From: Candidatus Omnitrophota bacterium
Lineage (GTDB): Bacteria; Omnitrophota; Gorgyraeia; Gygaellales; Profunditerraquicolaceae
Length of the DNA: 64,000 nt
Direction: 5' to 3'
Assembly: GCA_043800555.1 (NCBI GenBank)
Contig: JAZDMX010000008.1
Location: 5,340 to 69,339 of the forward strand
Position 1 is the first letter of the stretch; each line of letters starts with the position of its first letter. This document shows positions 10,037 to 19,269 of the stretch, one piece after another. The notes below the pieces were generated by a model, which searched no databases, had not been told where the DNA came from, and saw only the letters and a list, made by a program, of their open reading frames with translations. The translations under genes and the position numbers were made by a program.

Positions 10037-10111
10037 GGGGGACGTTTCAAAAAAAAGGGGGACGTTTCTACTTTTCTGGCTTTAGGTGCGGGAAAAGTAG
10101 AAACGTCCCCC
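10037..10111. repeat. Palindromic intergenic repeat, locus 2. Partial left arm 10037-10048, full left arm 10057-10076, loop TGGCTTTAGGTGCGG, right arm 10092-10111.
   Basis: AAAAAAGGGGGACGTTTCTACTTTTC...GAAAAGTAGAAACGTCCCCCTTTTTT, a perfect 20-bp stem flanked by an A-run and a T-run. Confidence 0.9.
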
Positions 10112-10137
10112 TTTTTTCAAGTCGCCTCTCTTTTTCC

Positions 10138-10725
10138 CTATTCTTTCTCCAGATGGCTGTCCACATAAACCGCCAGCAGCTCGGCTACCTTGGGCGGAGG
10201 GGTAACATTAAAATAATGGTCTATAATCGCATGGCCCATTTCATGGGCAATTACCGAGTCTGTAATGTCCTGCATTGAGGAAAAGATCATCTCGAGGTTA
10301 TGGATGTAAAAAGACCGGTAATTTTGCCGGGAACCGAAAATACGGTAATATTCGTTATTCAGCTCTTCGCGGTTATTGAAAACCTTGATTTTCAGGTTCA
10401 TATACGGCGGGTTCATCGCCAGTATCCTTTTTGCCCTTAGGAGTATTGATTCCAGCCGGGCAGTGATCCGGTTTTCTATCCTATATGCCGGGTTAGCAAA
10501 CAGGTCTTTTTCCACCGTTGAAACCGAAAAGTAACGGCTGCGCAGCCGGCTCTCCAGCTTGCGGAGATTGGTATCGGCGGGGTATAACAAAGTCACCTCT
10601 CTGCCTTTAGCGGCCAGCCAATCCGGCGTTTCGCTGAACGCATAGCTCTGCCCGGCTAAAGCCTTCCCGGCTTGCCCTGTTAACATGACCCCGCAGAAAA
10701 TCAAGATTATTATACGCGTCTTCAT
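10138..10725 (-). CDS. Secreted hypothetical protein with an HExxH zinc-metallopeptidase motif
   Basis: 195 aa. N-terminal signal peptide MKTRIIILIFCGVMLTGQAGKALA, and a C-terminal VIAHEMGHAIIDHYF motif. Confidence 0.5.
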   Translation of the reverse strand: MKTRIIILIFCGVMLTGQAGKALAGQSYAFSETPDWLAAKGREVTLLYPADTNLRKLESRLRSRYFSVSTVEKDLFANPAYRIENRITARLESILLRAKRILAMNPPYMNLKIKVFNNREELNNEYYRIFGSRQNYRSFYIHNLEMIFSSMQDITDSVIAHEMGHAIIDHYFNVTPPPKVAELLAVYVDSHLEKE

Positions 10726-10756
10726 CTATATTAATAGACGGCTGGCCTCCGGTAAT

Positions 10757-11317
10757 CTAACAGTTAAATTTCTTCAACTGGCTTTTGATCATCTCTATTT
10801 TCTCCCGTTCTTTGGAATCCAGGGCAAAAACAGGTATGCTTTCGATTTCCCTGCGTATCTGGCCTATGTTATCGTGTATGGCCTTGGCCATTTGATTCAA
10901 AGAGTCCACAAGGTCCTGCAATTCGTCTTTTTGGCGTATATGGAAGCTTACCCCGAAGTTCCCGTTGGCAATTTCAGCGATATCCTTTTTTATCCGGACC
11001 AGCGGCCCGGCAATGCGGTGGGAAGTAAGCAAAGTGATTATGATTGTCGCGATGGCCGAGGCGATAACCGCTATCAGGCTGCTTAGCAATAAGAGCGGCA
11101 GCAGGAAATCCGCGGTGCTTTGGATTTGCAGGCGCGAATTCTGAAATACCGTGGTTGTGGCTGAGGCGCTTGACCAATAGACAATCGCCGAAAGCGCCAG
11201 CGACGAAAGGATGGTCACCGCGCAAAATTTGAGGATAAACCCCCGCTGGAACTGCATCCTGACGATGCGCAGCCTCCTGCGCTTTTGGAAATCATTCTTC
11301 ATTCGCCCCTCCTTCAT
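10757..11317 (-). CDS. HAMP domain-containing membrane protein
   Basis: 186 aa. Two transmembrane segments followed by a HAMP-like linker (IAGPLVRIKKDIAEIANGNFGV) and a short coiled coil. No recognisable output domain. Confidence 0.5.
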   Translation of the reverse strand: MKEGRMKNDFQKRRRLRIVRMQFQRGFILKFCAVTILSSLALSAIVYWSSASATTTVFQNSRLQIQSTADFLLPLLLLSSLIAVIASAIATIIITLLTSHRIAGPLVRIKKDIAEIANGNFGVSFHIRQKDELQDLVDSLNQMAKAIHDNIGQIRREIESIPVFALDSKEREKIEMIKSQLKKFNC

Positions 11318-11813
11318 TGACCCGCGCGGTATTTAAATTTATGCTGTTTAAGGTATCGTCATACTTATGTATTTTTGCCTCCTGCTTTAAGCCTTTAATC
11401 CAGAGGTCCAGCAGCGCCTGGGCGTTCTCTTTCTTTTGCGCGTCATTCTCCCCTTTTGCCGCGGCCAGGAATTCCGCGCCTTTTATGTTGATCAGCCTTT
11501 TGATAAGCGCCTGTTTCCAGTAATTCTCGACCTCTTTCATAAAATCCCTGTTTTTATCCAGGCCCATCCGCTCTGCCTGCTGTAAAATAAGCTCATTAGT
11601 GACAATGTCGTTATAAAGCTGTTCCTTGATTGCCCCGGAATTGTCATTCTGGAGCATATAGGGCAGGTTCAACTTTGCCTCCTGCATAAAATCATCCACG
11701 GTCAGCTGGTAGTTATTTATTTGCGCGACTACCTGCTTTTTGCCGGCCGGCGCCTTAGCGCATCCGGCGAAGAGCGCGGCAATTAGCAGAAGCAATATGA
11801 TTAGTCTGTTCAT
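11292..11813 (-). CDS. Lipoprotein with a SurA-N-like chaperone domain
   Basis: 173 aa. The lipobox LFAGC follows a signal peptide. The rest is predicted helical and resembles the SurA N-terminal domain. Confidence 0.4.
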   Translation of the reverse strand: MNRLIILLLLIAALFAGCAKAPAGKKQVVAQINNYQLTVDDFMQEAKLNLPYMLQNDNSGAIKEQLYNDIVTNELILQQAERMGLDKNRDFMKEVENYWKQALIKRLINIKGAEFLAAAKGENDAQKKENAQALLDLWIKGLKQEAKIHKYDDTLNSINLNTARVNEGGANEE

Positions 11814-11860
11814 TTTTATCTCCTTTTTAACTTTTATATTCTATCATAGCTTTCATTTCT

Positions 11861-11891
11861 TCCACAACACCTTTATCATCCATAAACCCTG
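11861..11891. repeat. 31-bp direct repeat, left copy, flanking toxin-antitoxin cassette 1 (tccacaacacctttatcatccataaaccctg)
   Basis: It matches 13631-13661 at 27 of 31 positions, with a 23-bp core tccacaacNcctttatcatccat. On the minus strand it encodes MDDKGVVE, the start of a tiny ORF. Confidence 0.75.
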
Positions 11892-12770
11892 TTATTTAAC
11901 ACCTTCCATTGCCATATTAATTCGTTCGAGTGCCTTATCCAAATCGAAATTTTCGCGCTCAGCTGGAGATAGGACGTCGAATAACTCGGTTTTGATGCGA
12001 AAGCGCATATCTTCAATCTCAGTATTTTTACGCCCCATATTGACGGAATATTTCGTTAAATCCAAATCCCCGCCATCTTCCCCTATTTTCTTCTTAAAAA
12101 GTTTAACTACCTCTTTATCCGCAATATTGAATTTGTTGCGGAGAAGAAAATCAAGATCGTAAAAATCGCGCGGGGCAATAGGTTCTCTTAGGGCCGCGGC
12201 GCGAAGTTTCTCGCTTACGATTTCATTAAGAGACAGGCAGGCGGCCTTGCCTCCGTCAAAAAGAGGCTCTCCCGTAAATGGATGCGTATACGTATGATGA
12301 ATCTGCTTTTTTTCTACCGGATCAATAGGGTTAAATCTTAAGCCGACTTCAAACTTAATTTGTCCTTTGTTCGGGCGCAGGGCTGATTGATAAGAAAAAT
12401 AATACACATATTGTTTTGACTCGTCCCTCCCGGGATTTCCAGCGTCAACAATCTTCATATCGAACTGTTCCACAAATTTTGAGATCTTATCCTTTACGGG
12501 TTGGATACATTTTCTCCGCTCTCCTCGGGTCGCCTCATACCGCGGAAGCTTCATGCTAAAATCAAGGTCTTCGCTCAAACGATAATATGCGTAATAAATC
12601 TTATTCAGGCAGGTCCCGCCCTTAAAAACGAGGTCTTCGGTAAGTTCGTGTACCCGGGAAAGGACCAAAGTCAAATAGTAATCTTTCTCCAACAAAGGCG
12701 GCAGAAATCCTTTTTTCTTTGCCGCCCTTTCCAATGTTTTTACAAATTCATCTTTATTTTTGTGAATCAT
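11892..12770 (-). CDS. AbiEii/AbiGii-family nucleotidyltransferase toxin (DUF1814), toxin-antitoxin pair 1
   Basis: The motif FKGGTCLNKIY...RLSEDLDFS is the nucleotidyltransferase signature of AbiEii toxins. I chose the ATG at 12768-12770 (MIHKNKDEF..., GGAGAG Shine-Dalgarno) rather than the ORF-track start at 12857, which would overlap the antitoxin by 104 nt. Confidence 0.8.
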   Translation of the reverse strand: MIHKNKDEFVKTLERAAKKKGFLPPLLEKDYYLTLVLSRVHELTEDLVFKGGTCLNKIYYAYYRLSEDLDFSMKLPRYEATRGERRKCIQPVKDKISKFVEQFDMKIVDAGNPGRDESKQYVYYFSYQSALRPNKGQIKFEVGLRFNPIDPVEKKQIHHTYTHPFTGEPLFDGGKAACLSLNEIVSEKLRAAALREPIAPRDFYDLDFLLRNKFNIADKEVVKLFKKKIGEDGGDLDLTKYSVNMGRKNTEIEDMRFRIKTELFDVLSPAERENFDLDKALERINMAMEGVK

Positions 12771-13554
12771 TGATGATAACTCTCCACTTCTTATTGAGCG
12801 TGCCTTTACGTGATCCGGTAAACGTAGTAACCGCGGTTTTTTTAACGCTATCAACAAGAGGTTTTAGCATGGCTTCCGTAAGGTTCGATTCATCAAGAAT
12901 CAGCCCAATACGTTTCCTCGTTTTTATATTAGGGAATAGCGCGGCATATTCCACCAGCTTTTTAATATCGCATTTCTTTTCTATGACAAATTGCTTTAAT
13001 ACTTCTCCGGCAGTTTTGATTCCGCCAACGGGCTTATTAAAATAAATCAAGTCGATCAATGTCCGTTCTTTGGAACTAATAATGACATCGGCGTCCTTAA
13101 CCTTAATTGTTTCCAGGCCATAAAAACGGCTTTCCGGAATCCTTATGAATTTGTAGGAAATACCACAGATAACCTTTTCTATCCGGATAGTAGTATTAAG
13201 AATGTAAACCGTCTGAAAGAGTTGCTCGGTAAAGCCGTAATAATTGAACAGGGTCGAATAGCCAACGTAATAATTCTTTTTAGGGAAAAAGAGCGGCGGG
13301 ATAAGCAATTCATCGATGCCGGTTCCTTCCGGGCCAGCCTCAAGCGGCGAGAACGCATAGGTGCCGCGTTTAATAGCAGTAAGTATTTTCTTCTTCTTGA
13401 GCCGGAAAACAATCTGTTTTCTATCTGCGGGGGAAAGCTTAAACAGGCGATCGAGATATTCGACTGTGACAATCGTCTTCTTTTCGTATGTTAAACGGGC
13501 GACGATATTGGTCTCAATCGGCCCTAAAGTTTTAGATGTATTATTCGGTATCAT
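12754..13554 (-). CDS. AbiEi-family antitoxin / transcriptional regulator, toxin-antitoxin pair 1
   Basis: 266 aa. The N-terminal winged-helix carries the AbiEi motif LKKKKILTAIKRGTYAF. It lies directly upstream of the AbiEii gene in antitoxin-then-toxin order. Confidence 0.75.
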   Translation of the reverse strand: MIPNNTSKTLGPIETNIVARLTYEKKTIVTVEYLDRLFKLSPADRKQIVFRLKKKKILTAIKRGTYAFSPLEAGPEGTGIDELLIPPLFFPKKNYYVGYSTLFNYYGFTEQLFQTVYILNTTIRIEKVICGISYKFIRIPESRFYGLETIKVKDADVIISSKERTLIDLIYFNKPVGGIKTAGEVLKQFVIEKKCDIKKLVEYAALFPNIKTRKRIGLILDESNLTEAMLKPLVDSVKKTAVTTFTGSRKGTLNKKWRVIINDSQK

Positions 13555-13630
13555 AGGTTATCTCCGGCATAACTTTCGTACCCTTTTTATACATATCAAG
13601 TTTACCACAACTTTTCCCCCTCTCAATCCC

Positions 13631-13661
13631 TCCACAACCCCTTTATCATCCATCAGCTCTG
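13631..13661. repeat. 31-bp direct repeat, right copy, flanking toxin-antitoxin cassette 1 (tccacaacccctttatcatccatcagctctg)
   Basis: See 11861-11891. The minus strand here continues an ORF fragment DKGDNWVVNTFEKISPGSLRKQIKHLERLTELMDDKGVVE... Confidence 0.75.
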
Positions 13662-13779
13662 TGAGGCGCTCTAGGTGTTTTATCTGTTTGCGCAAGCTTC
13701 CCGGGCTAATCTTTTCAAAGGTATTTACTACCCAATTATCCCCTTTATCTCATCTACAATTGTATTTTACCATAATTTT

Positions 13780-15153
13780 TTACCTTGAAAACTCCCGAAA
13801 AATAATGACACTAATTGTTTTAAGGATGATCTGGACATCTAAAAAGAAAGACATATTCTTTAGGTAAAACATATCATATTGGAATTTTTCAAGGGCCGAT
13901 TCCTTTGACGCGCTATAAGAATAACGCACCTGCGCCCATCCGGTAAGCCCCGGCTTAACGGTATGTCTTAACGAATAATAAGGGATGCTTTCCGCATAAT
14001 CCCTGGATAAGCTAACCGCTTCCGGCCTTGGCCCGACAAGGCTCATATCTCCTATAAAAATATTCCAAAGCTGCGGTAGTTCATCAAAGCGCACCTTACG
14101 GATAAACCTTCCAACCCGAGTAATTCTGGCGTCATTCGTTGAGGTATAGATTCCTCCGTCCTTCTTCTCGGCGCCAACTACCATGGAACGGAACTTATAC
14201 ATCAAGAACTCCTTGCCATTTTCGCCAATACGAGGCTGCTTGTAAATCACCGGGCCTCGCGATTCAATCTTTATGGCTAAGGCAACAATAAGCATAATAG
14301 GCAAAGAGATAACCAGTCCAATCATTGACAAAATAATGTCAAACCATCTTTTGCACTGTAAATATATATGGCTCGACATCGCTGAAAATGAAGAAAAAAT
14401 AAGCCATCCTTTGCGGATATGTGAAACAGGGATTTTTCCCGTTAACTCTTCGGAAAGATAAGCAACGTCTGTAACCTGAATATGCCTCATCTTAACGGCC
14501 AATAAGGTATCCCAAAGCGCAGGGGACTTTTCGTGCGTAATCGCCACAACTACAAGATCAACCAGCGCATCCTTGCTTAACGACAACAAAACATCTGTTC
14601 CACCCAATACCTTAACCCCATGGATCAGATCGCCTCGTTTACCGGCATCGTCATCAATAAATCCCACCATTTCATAATCGCGCTTACCTTTGAGGACATC
14701 ATAAATGTGCTTCCCGGAGTGACCTGCGCCGACAATAACCATCCTTTTCTTGGAAAAACCCGTCACAAGATAATCTTCAAAAATAAACCTCCAGAAAAGA
14801 ACAAATAATGAAGTATAAAATGCGCTTAAAAGTGCGATGCCGCGGCCGACCTTAAGAAGAGGAATTGAATAAGAAAGTACGGCGGTGAAAAGAAAGCTGA
14901 AGAATACTGCTACGATGAAACGGGAAACAAAATATGAGCTTCTGAACCGCTGGTGTCCTTCGTAAAGTTTAAAAATATAAAAATTCACCAAATAGGTCGC
15001 TACTAGTATTGCTACAGGGAGCTGATAAGAGATAAATGCGCGATGAAAGCTGCCATAACGAGTAAAGCTAGAAAGCGCGAAAGCCAGGAAGATAGCAGAG
15101 ATATCCCCGAGTACTAAAATTGGTAATTTTATACGGTTCCCGACTTTATGCAT
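13780..15153 (-). CDS. Polyprenyl-phosphate glycosylphosphotransferase, the initiating sugar transferase (WbaP/CpsE-like)
   Basis: 457 aa. N-terminal transmembrane segments and a CoA-binding-like domain, then a C-terminal Bac_transf domain with KRWFDIILS...YKFRSM...[22 protein letters not shown]. Confidence 0.9.
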   Translation of the reverse strand: MHKVGNRIKLPILVLGDISAIFLAFALSSFTRYGSFHRAFISYQLPVAILVATYLVNFYIFKLYEGHQRFRSSYFVSRFIVAVFFSFLFTAVLSYSIPLLKVGRGIALLSAFYTSLFVLFWRFIFEDYLVTGFSKKRMVIVGAGHSGKHIYDVLKGKRDYEMVGFIDDDAGKRGDLIHGVKVLGGTDVLLSLSKDALVDLVVVAITHEKSPALWDTLLAVKMRHIQVTDVAYLSEELTGKIPVSHIRKGWLIFSSFSAMSSHIYLQCKRWFDIILSMIGLVISLPIMLIVALAIKIESRGPVIYKQPRIGENGKEFLMYKFRSMVVGAEKKDGGIYTSTNDARITRVGRFIRKVRFDELPQLWNIFIGDMSLVGPRPEAVSLSRDYAESIPYYSLRHTVKPGLTGWAQVRYSYSASKESALEKFQYDMFYLKNMSFFLDVQIILKTISVIIFREFSR

Positions 15154-15156
15154 AAT

Positions 15157-16200
15157 TTATCTCGTAACAGGCAGATCAGAAAGTTTGATTCTTAAATGTT
15201 TTCTCAATATCCAAAAATCAAGTATACCTCGTAAATAATTAAATCCAAAAGTGAAGTGTATTAAAATAAACGCCCAGACAAGTAACGGGAATAGCCTCCA
15301 ATCTTTTCCAAAAGAAAGTTTTACCGAAGCCACGATATTAGCCAAAAGATATGCTCCAATATCCAAACACAATAAAAAACCAAAGACCGTATAAAATATG
15401 CTTCCTAGACTTAGAAACAGCACTGAAGCAACAAATAACGCCGGAATAAATTGACGAACAGTAAACACCCCGCCAAGCTTAACCGCTGTAAATGCTTTAA
15501 AATAGCCATACTGAGAATACATCCTCACCATTTTTCTAAATGTCTCCCGAGCATAATAATAGGATACGATATCAGGCACTAATAATATTTTTCCACCATT
15601 TTTTATGATTCTATGATTCAATTCCGAATCTTGGGCGCGCACCATATCTTCATCAAAAAGGCCAACTTTATCAAAGGTTTTTTTAAAAAAACACCCAAAC
15701 GGCACAGTTTCTACATAGGTCGGCTCTTTTACTCCCAACTTATAAGAAACGTTTCCGACGCCGAACCCGCATGAGGTCGCCTTTGCAATAGCCTGAGCAA
15801 TCAAAGTATCTGCACCCGGTAAGGTTATCCATATTCCTCCAACATTATCTACTCTATATTCGTTAAGATATTTAACGCACTTTGAAATATAATCTTTAGG
15901 ATATTTATTATGCGCATCCATACGAATAATAATTTCTCCCTTCGCCTGACGAATAAGGATATTCAAACCCGAAGGAACGATCATCTTGGGATTATCAAGC
16001 CAACGCACTAGCGGAAATTTCAGTACATAATTATCAAGGATCTTTCGAGTGCCATCAATACTTCTTCCATCGGCAACAAGAATTTCCATCTGATTCTGAG
16101 GATAATCCTGCGTCAAAACAGAATTAAGGCATTTACCGATGAATTTTTCTTCGTTTCGGCAAGGGATTATTATTGAAACTAGTGGGATATTATTTTCCAT
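15157..16200 (-). CDS. Family 2 glycosyltransferase
   Basis: SIIIPCRNEEKFIGKCLNSV with a DxD-type GT-A fold, and a C-terminal transmembrane tail. Confidence 0.8.
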   Translation of the reverse strand: MENNIPLVSIIIPCRNEEKFIGKCLNSVLTQDYPQNQMEILVADGRSIDGTRKILDNYVLKFPLVRWLDNPKMIVPSGLNILIRQAKGEIIIRMDAHNKYPKDYISKCVKYLNEYRVDNVGGIWITLPGADTLIAQAIAKATSCGFGVGNVSYKLGVKEPTYVETVPFGCFFKKTFDKVGLFDEDMVRAQDSELNHRIIKNGGKILLVPDIVSYYYARETFRKMVRMYSQYGYFKAFTAVKLGGVFTVRQFIPALFVASVLFLSLGSIFYTVFGFLLCLDIGAYLLANIVASVKLSFGKDWRLFPLLVWAFILIHFTFGFNYLRGILDFWILRKHLRIKLSDLPVTR

Positions 16201-16330
16201 ATTTTCTAATTAGCTAGCACCTTTAGTAATATCTTAAAGGCAAATGTTCTATTTTCCAGCGATAACGTTTTTTCAGACATACGGTTATATTAATTTAGTA
16301 ATAAGCAATAGAGCTAGTATTTTTTCAATA

Positions 16331-16945
16331 CTAATTTTGGTAGACCTGCATTAATTCCGCACATATTTTTTCGCTATTAAAATCTCTTATTATCTTATCT
16401 CTGCCAGAGATACTCAGCTTATTATAGTATACAGTATCATTAATCAATGTTTCTATAGCATTCGCTAATTCTTCGGCAGAACTTGGATTGACTAATATTC
16501 CCTCATTGTATCCGACTAATTCCGAAATTGATCCTGTCTTAGTTGAAATAACCGGAATACCATTGGCCATTGCTTCCATTAATGCCACGGGAATCCCTTC
16601 ATGTTCACCAGCCCTTAATACTACACTAGGCAATACAACAGAATCTATATCTCCTTTTTGATACATATCAATTATTTGTTCATGCGGAAGACATCCCTTA
16701 AACTCTATACAGTCAAGCAATCCGTATTTAGTAACTATTGTTTTTAATTCTGATTCCAACGGTCCGGTACCAGCTATAAGATATCTTATTCTTAATGATT
16801 TATGCTTAAGTATACCGCACGCTTCAATCATATAACAATGACCTTTTATTGGCAATAGGTTAGCGGGTGTTATTATAGTAAATATTTTCTTACTTACTCC
16901 ACTTCCTCCTTTTTTATTTAGGCAGAAGGATTCTTGAATACGCAC
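16331..16945 (-). CDS. Family 4 glycosyltransferase, C-terminal domain only (possibly a truncated remnant)
   Basis: 204 aa. The motif EGIPVALMEAMANGIPVIST belongs to the Glycos_transf_1 domain. The N-terminal GT4 domain is missing, and the preceding gene ends 13 bp upstream. Confidence 0.6.
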   Translation of the reverse strand: MRIQESFCLNKKGGSGVSKKIFTIITPANLLPIKGHCYMIEACGILKHKSLRIRYLIAGTGPLESELKTIVTKYGLLDCIEFKGCLPHEQIIDMYQKGDIDSVVLPSVVLRAGEHEGIPVALMEAMANGIPVISTKTGSISELVGYNEGILVNPSSAEELANAIETLINDTVYYNKLSISGRDKIIRDFNSEKICAELMQVYQN

Positions 16946-16957
16946 CTCTACTAAATA

Positions 16958-18109
16958 TCAAGATATTAAGTTACTCACTTTCGATATATAATCGATTGCT
17001 ATTTTATCCCATGTCAAATTTTGTTTAGCATATTCCTGCGCATTTTTACCTTTAATAGGAATCTCAGCACGATGATCAAAAATAAATTTTAACGTCTCAA
17101 AAATAGAATTTACATTTGCATCACATAGCCAGCCACCATCGCCATTGCGTATAATTTCTTGCATGTTAGTTCCTGGGGTTACCACGCAAGGCTTCCCCAT
17201 CGCCATTGCTTCGATCACAGCGGTCGGCATACCCTCATAACGAGATGTATGAACAAAGACATCAAAACTTGACATAGCGCGCCATTTATCTTCACCGCCT
17301 AATGCCCCAGACAAAATAACACGATCAGAGAAATTTCCGAGTCGCATCAACAGTCGATTGAAGATTTGTTGATCTCTCGATGAGAAGAAGCTACCGACTA
17401 TTACCAGCTTCCATCTTAAATTAGGGAATTGAGCCCCGACAATAGAAAAAGAGTTTAATAAAAGATCAATGCCCTTGTGATCAATATCTATTCTTCCGAT
17501 AAAACCAAATATTAAACAATTATCACTGCTACTGCTTTTCATATAAATCTTGGAGAAGCTCTCAAAAGATATACCATTGGGAATGACCGTAGTCATCTTG
17601 CCCGGATAGCGTTTTTTCACTATTTTTTCTTCTGCTTCATTCAAAACATAAACTGCAGTCGCTTGGCGCATGAAAGTATCAAAAAACAATACATTACCGA
17701 AAAACTTCTTTAAAGGTTTCCTTCTTTGAGCTCCGTCAAATAAACCACCATGCGGCGATACTATATACTTCCATCCTTTTCGTACTATCAAACGAGCAAG
17801 AGCGCTATGAAAAGGCCTGTAAACTCCATGAAAATGAACAATATCCGGATGACCAAACTCGGTTAAAATCTTATCAATCCATACATTATCCAGAAAAAAT
17901 GGATTTTGATGCTCCTTTTTTAGCCCTTTGATTAAAATAATCTTCTTATGCAAGAAGAGTTTCTCTTTTAAAACTTCTTCAGCCAGTGAACACAATACGC
18001 AAACATGACAATCAGCAGTATCAACTAATGCTTTCGTCAATTCGACGACATAGTTTGAAACACCTGAAAACCTATCAAACCGAATTGGGGCAACGTGCAA
18101 TATATTCAT
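16958..18109 (-). CDS. Family 4 glycosyltransferase
   Basis: 383 aa. Both halves of the GT-B fold are present. The C-terminal motif is SRYEGMPTAVIEAMAMGKPCVVT. Confidence 0.85.
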   Translation of the reverse strand: MNILHVAPIRFDRFSGVSNYVVELTKALVDTADCHVCVLCSLAEEVLKEKLFLHKKIILIKGLKKEHQNPFFLDNVWIDKILTEFGHPDIVHFHGVYRPFHSALARLIVRKGWKYIVSPHGGLFDGAQRRKPLKKFFGNVLFFDTFMRQATAVYVLNEAEEKIVKKRYPGKMTTVIPNGISFESFSKIYMKSSSSDNCLIFGFIGRIDIDHKGIDLLLNSFSIVGAQFPNLRWKLVIVGSFFSSRDQQIFNRLLMRLGNFSDRVILSGALGGEDKWRAMSSFDVFVHTSRYEGMPTAVIEAMAMGKPCVVTPGTNMQEIIRNGDGGWLCDANVNSIFETLKFIFDHRAEIPIKGKNAQEYAKQNLTWDKIAIDYISKVSNLIS

Positions 18110-18303
18110 ATTTTATCTTGATAGAATGGAAACATAGTCTGGATAAAAATATTGTTGACTTGATAGATAAAAACATAGTATGCTTAAGACACAAACGCAA
18201 AGCCCCCAAATAAACCTCGTTTTTATATCATTTGATAATAACAAAAAACTCGTAATTAAAACAGGCTCTCATATGCTTAACAATTCCCCACCACGAGCAG
18301 AAA

Positions 18304-19191
18304 TTATTGCCATATCATTAAAGAGCAGTCTCCAAACAAGTCCACCGCAATACAATAAAAAAACAAATTGAAGTATTTAACTTTATTAGATAAAATTTCG
18401 CGAAGAAAAAGAGCAATACCAACAATAAGATATGATTGAATCATACTTGGACGTAAAATTCCTAAAGCATAACCATATCTTTCATTGCCATAATAATTTA
18501 TTCCTTTATCAATCAAATCATTCGACGAATTAAATATTGGTAACCAACCGCTGGTATCAGAATCATTTTTTTCTAAAATAGTGGATTTACGAAACGTTGG
18601 TAGCTATGTGATTAATTGACCAAAGTGTTTTTTAAATCCGCTGAGCCTTTGACTAAACAACGAATCATTTCTTGGCTGACTGCAAATAATTATTGCTTTT
18701 TCATCACAATTAAACGCCTTTTGCAGTATAACTTTGAACCCCTCAGATGTTGCCAATAGATATGTAAAATAATTATATTTCATGTTTTCGTAACCCTTTT
18801 CAAGATTACCGATAGTTTTTAAAGGCATGCCATGCCAAAGATTAACAACTATCTGGTTATCGCCAGGCTCTATAGGGTATTTACCGAAGCAATAAAAGAA
18901 ATATTTCGATGTAAAAAAATGAAATAATCCTAAAAACTCATTAGTTACAATTACATTATGAAGATTTTTAGACTGTATATCTTTTGATTCATTTGTACTA
19001 CACACTATTATATATCTATTATTAAATCCATTGTCAATTAAATAACCAAAAAGCGCCCTAACATTCTCTCTAAAACCGAAATTCGAATAAAGCATTATCT
19101 TATTAGGCTTCTTCGGAATTATTCGGTTAATAAAATTAAATATTATAAATAATTTTTTTATTAGAGTTCTATGCTTGTTTAGAGTAACCAT
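18304..19191 (-). pseudogene. CDP-glycerol glycerophosphotransferase (TagB/TagF)-like gene interrupted by an in-frame TAG at 18604-18606
   Basis: The N-terminal part ends ...LWHGMPLKTIG...KKHFGQLIT, then TAG. The same frame continues LPTFRKSTILEKND...LMIWQ, matching the TagF family WHGxPxK and PTFR motifs. TAG is a genuine stop codon here, because cdaA and a PilZ gene both end with TAG. Confidence 0.65.
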
Positions 19192-19269
19192 CGAGTCCTG
19201 TCCATCAATTACAAGCTTTCCGCAAATTAATTTCGTTGCTAGTCAAACTTAGTTACTGCCTATTTATTT

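Noticed and set aside
9932-10168. 78-aa plus-strand ORF, and similar ORFs at 36053-36289 (-) and 36056-36304 (+), containing KKGDVSTF...KVETSPFF
   Set aside because: These are read-through translations of the conserved palindromic repeat (GGGGGACGTTTCTACTTTTC = G D V S T F). The recurrence reflects the DNA repeat, not a protein family.
12754-12857. 104-nt overlap between the AbiEi antitoxin and the ORF-track start of the AbiEii toxin
   Set aside because: The overlap disappears when the toxin starts at the internal ATG at 12768-12770, which has a GGAGAG Shine-Dalgarno and gives the N-terminus expected for the family.
18604-18606. TAG reassignment or programmed read-through to explain the in-frame TAG in the TagF-like gene
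   Set aside because: TAG terminates cdaA (58771) and the PilZ gene (53426) in this same window, so it is a normal stop codon here.
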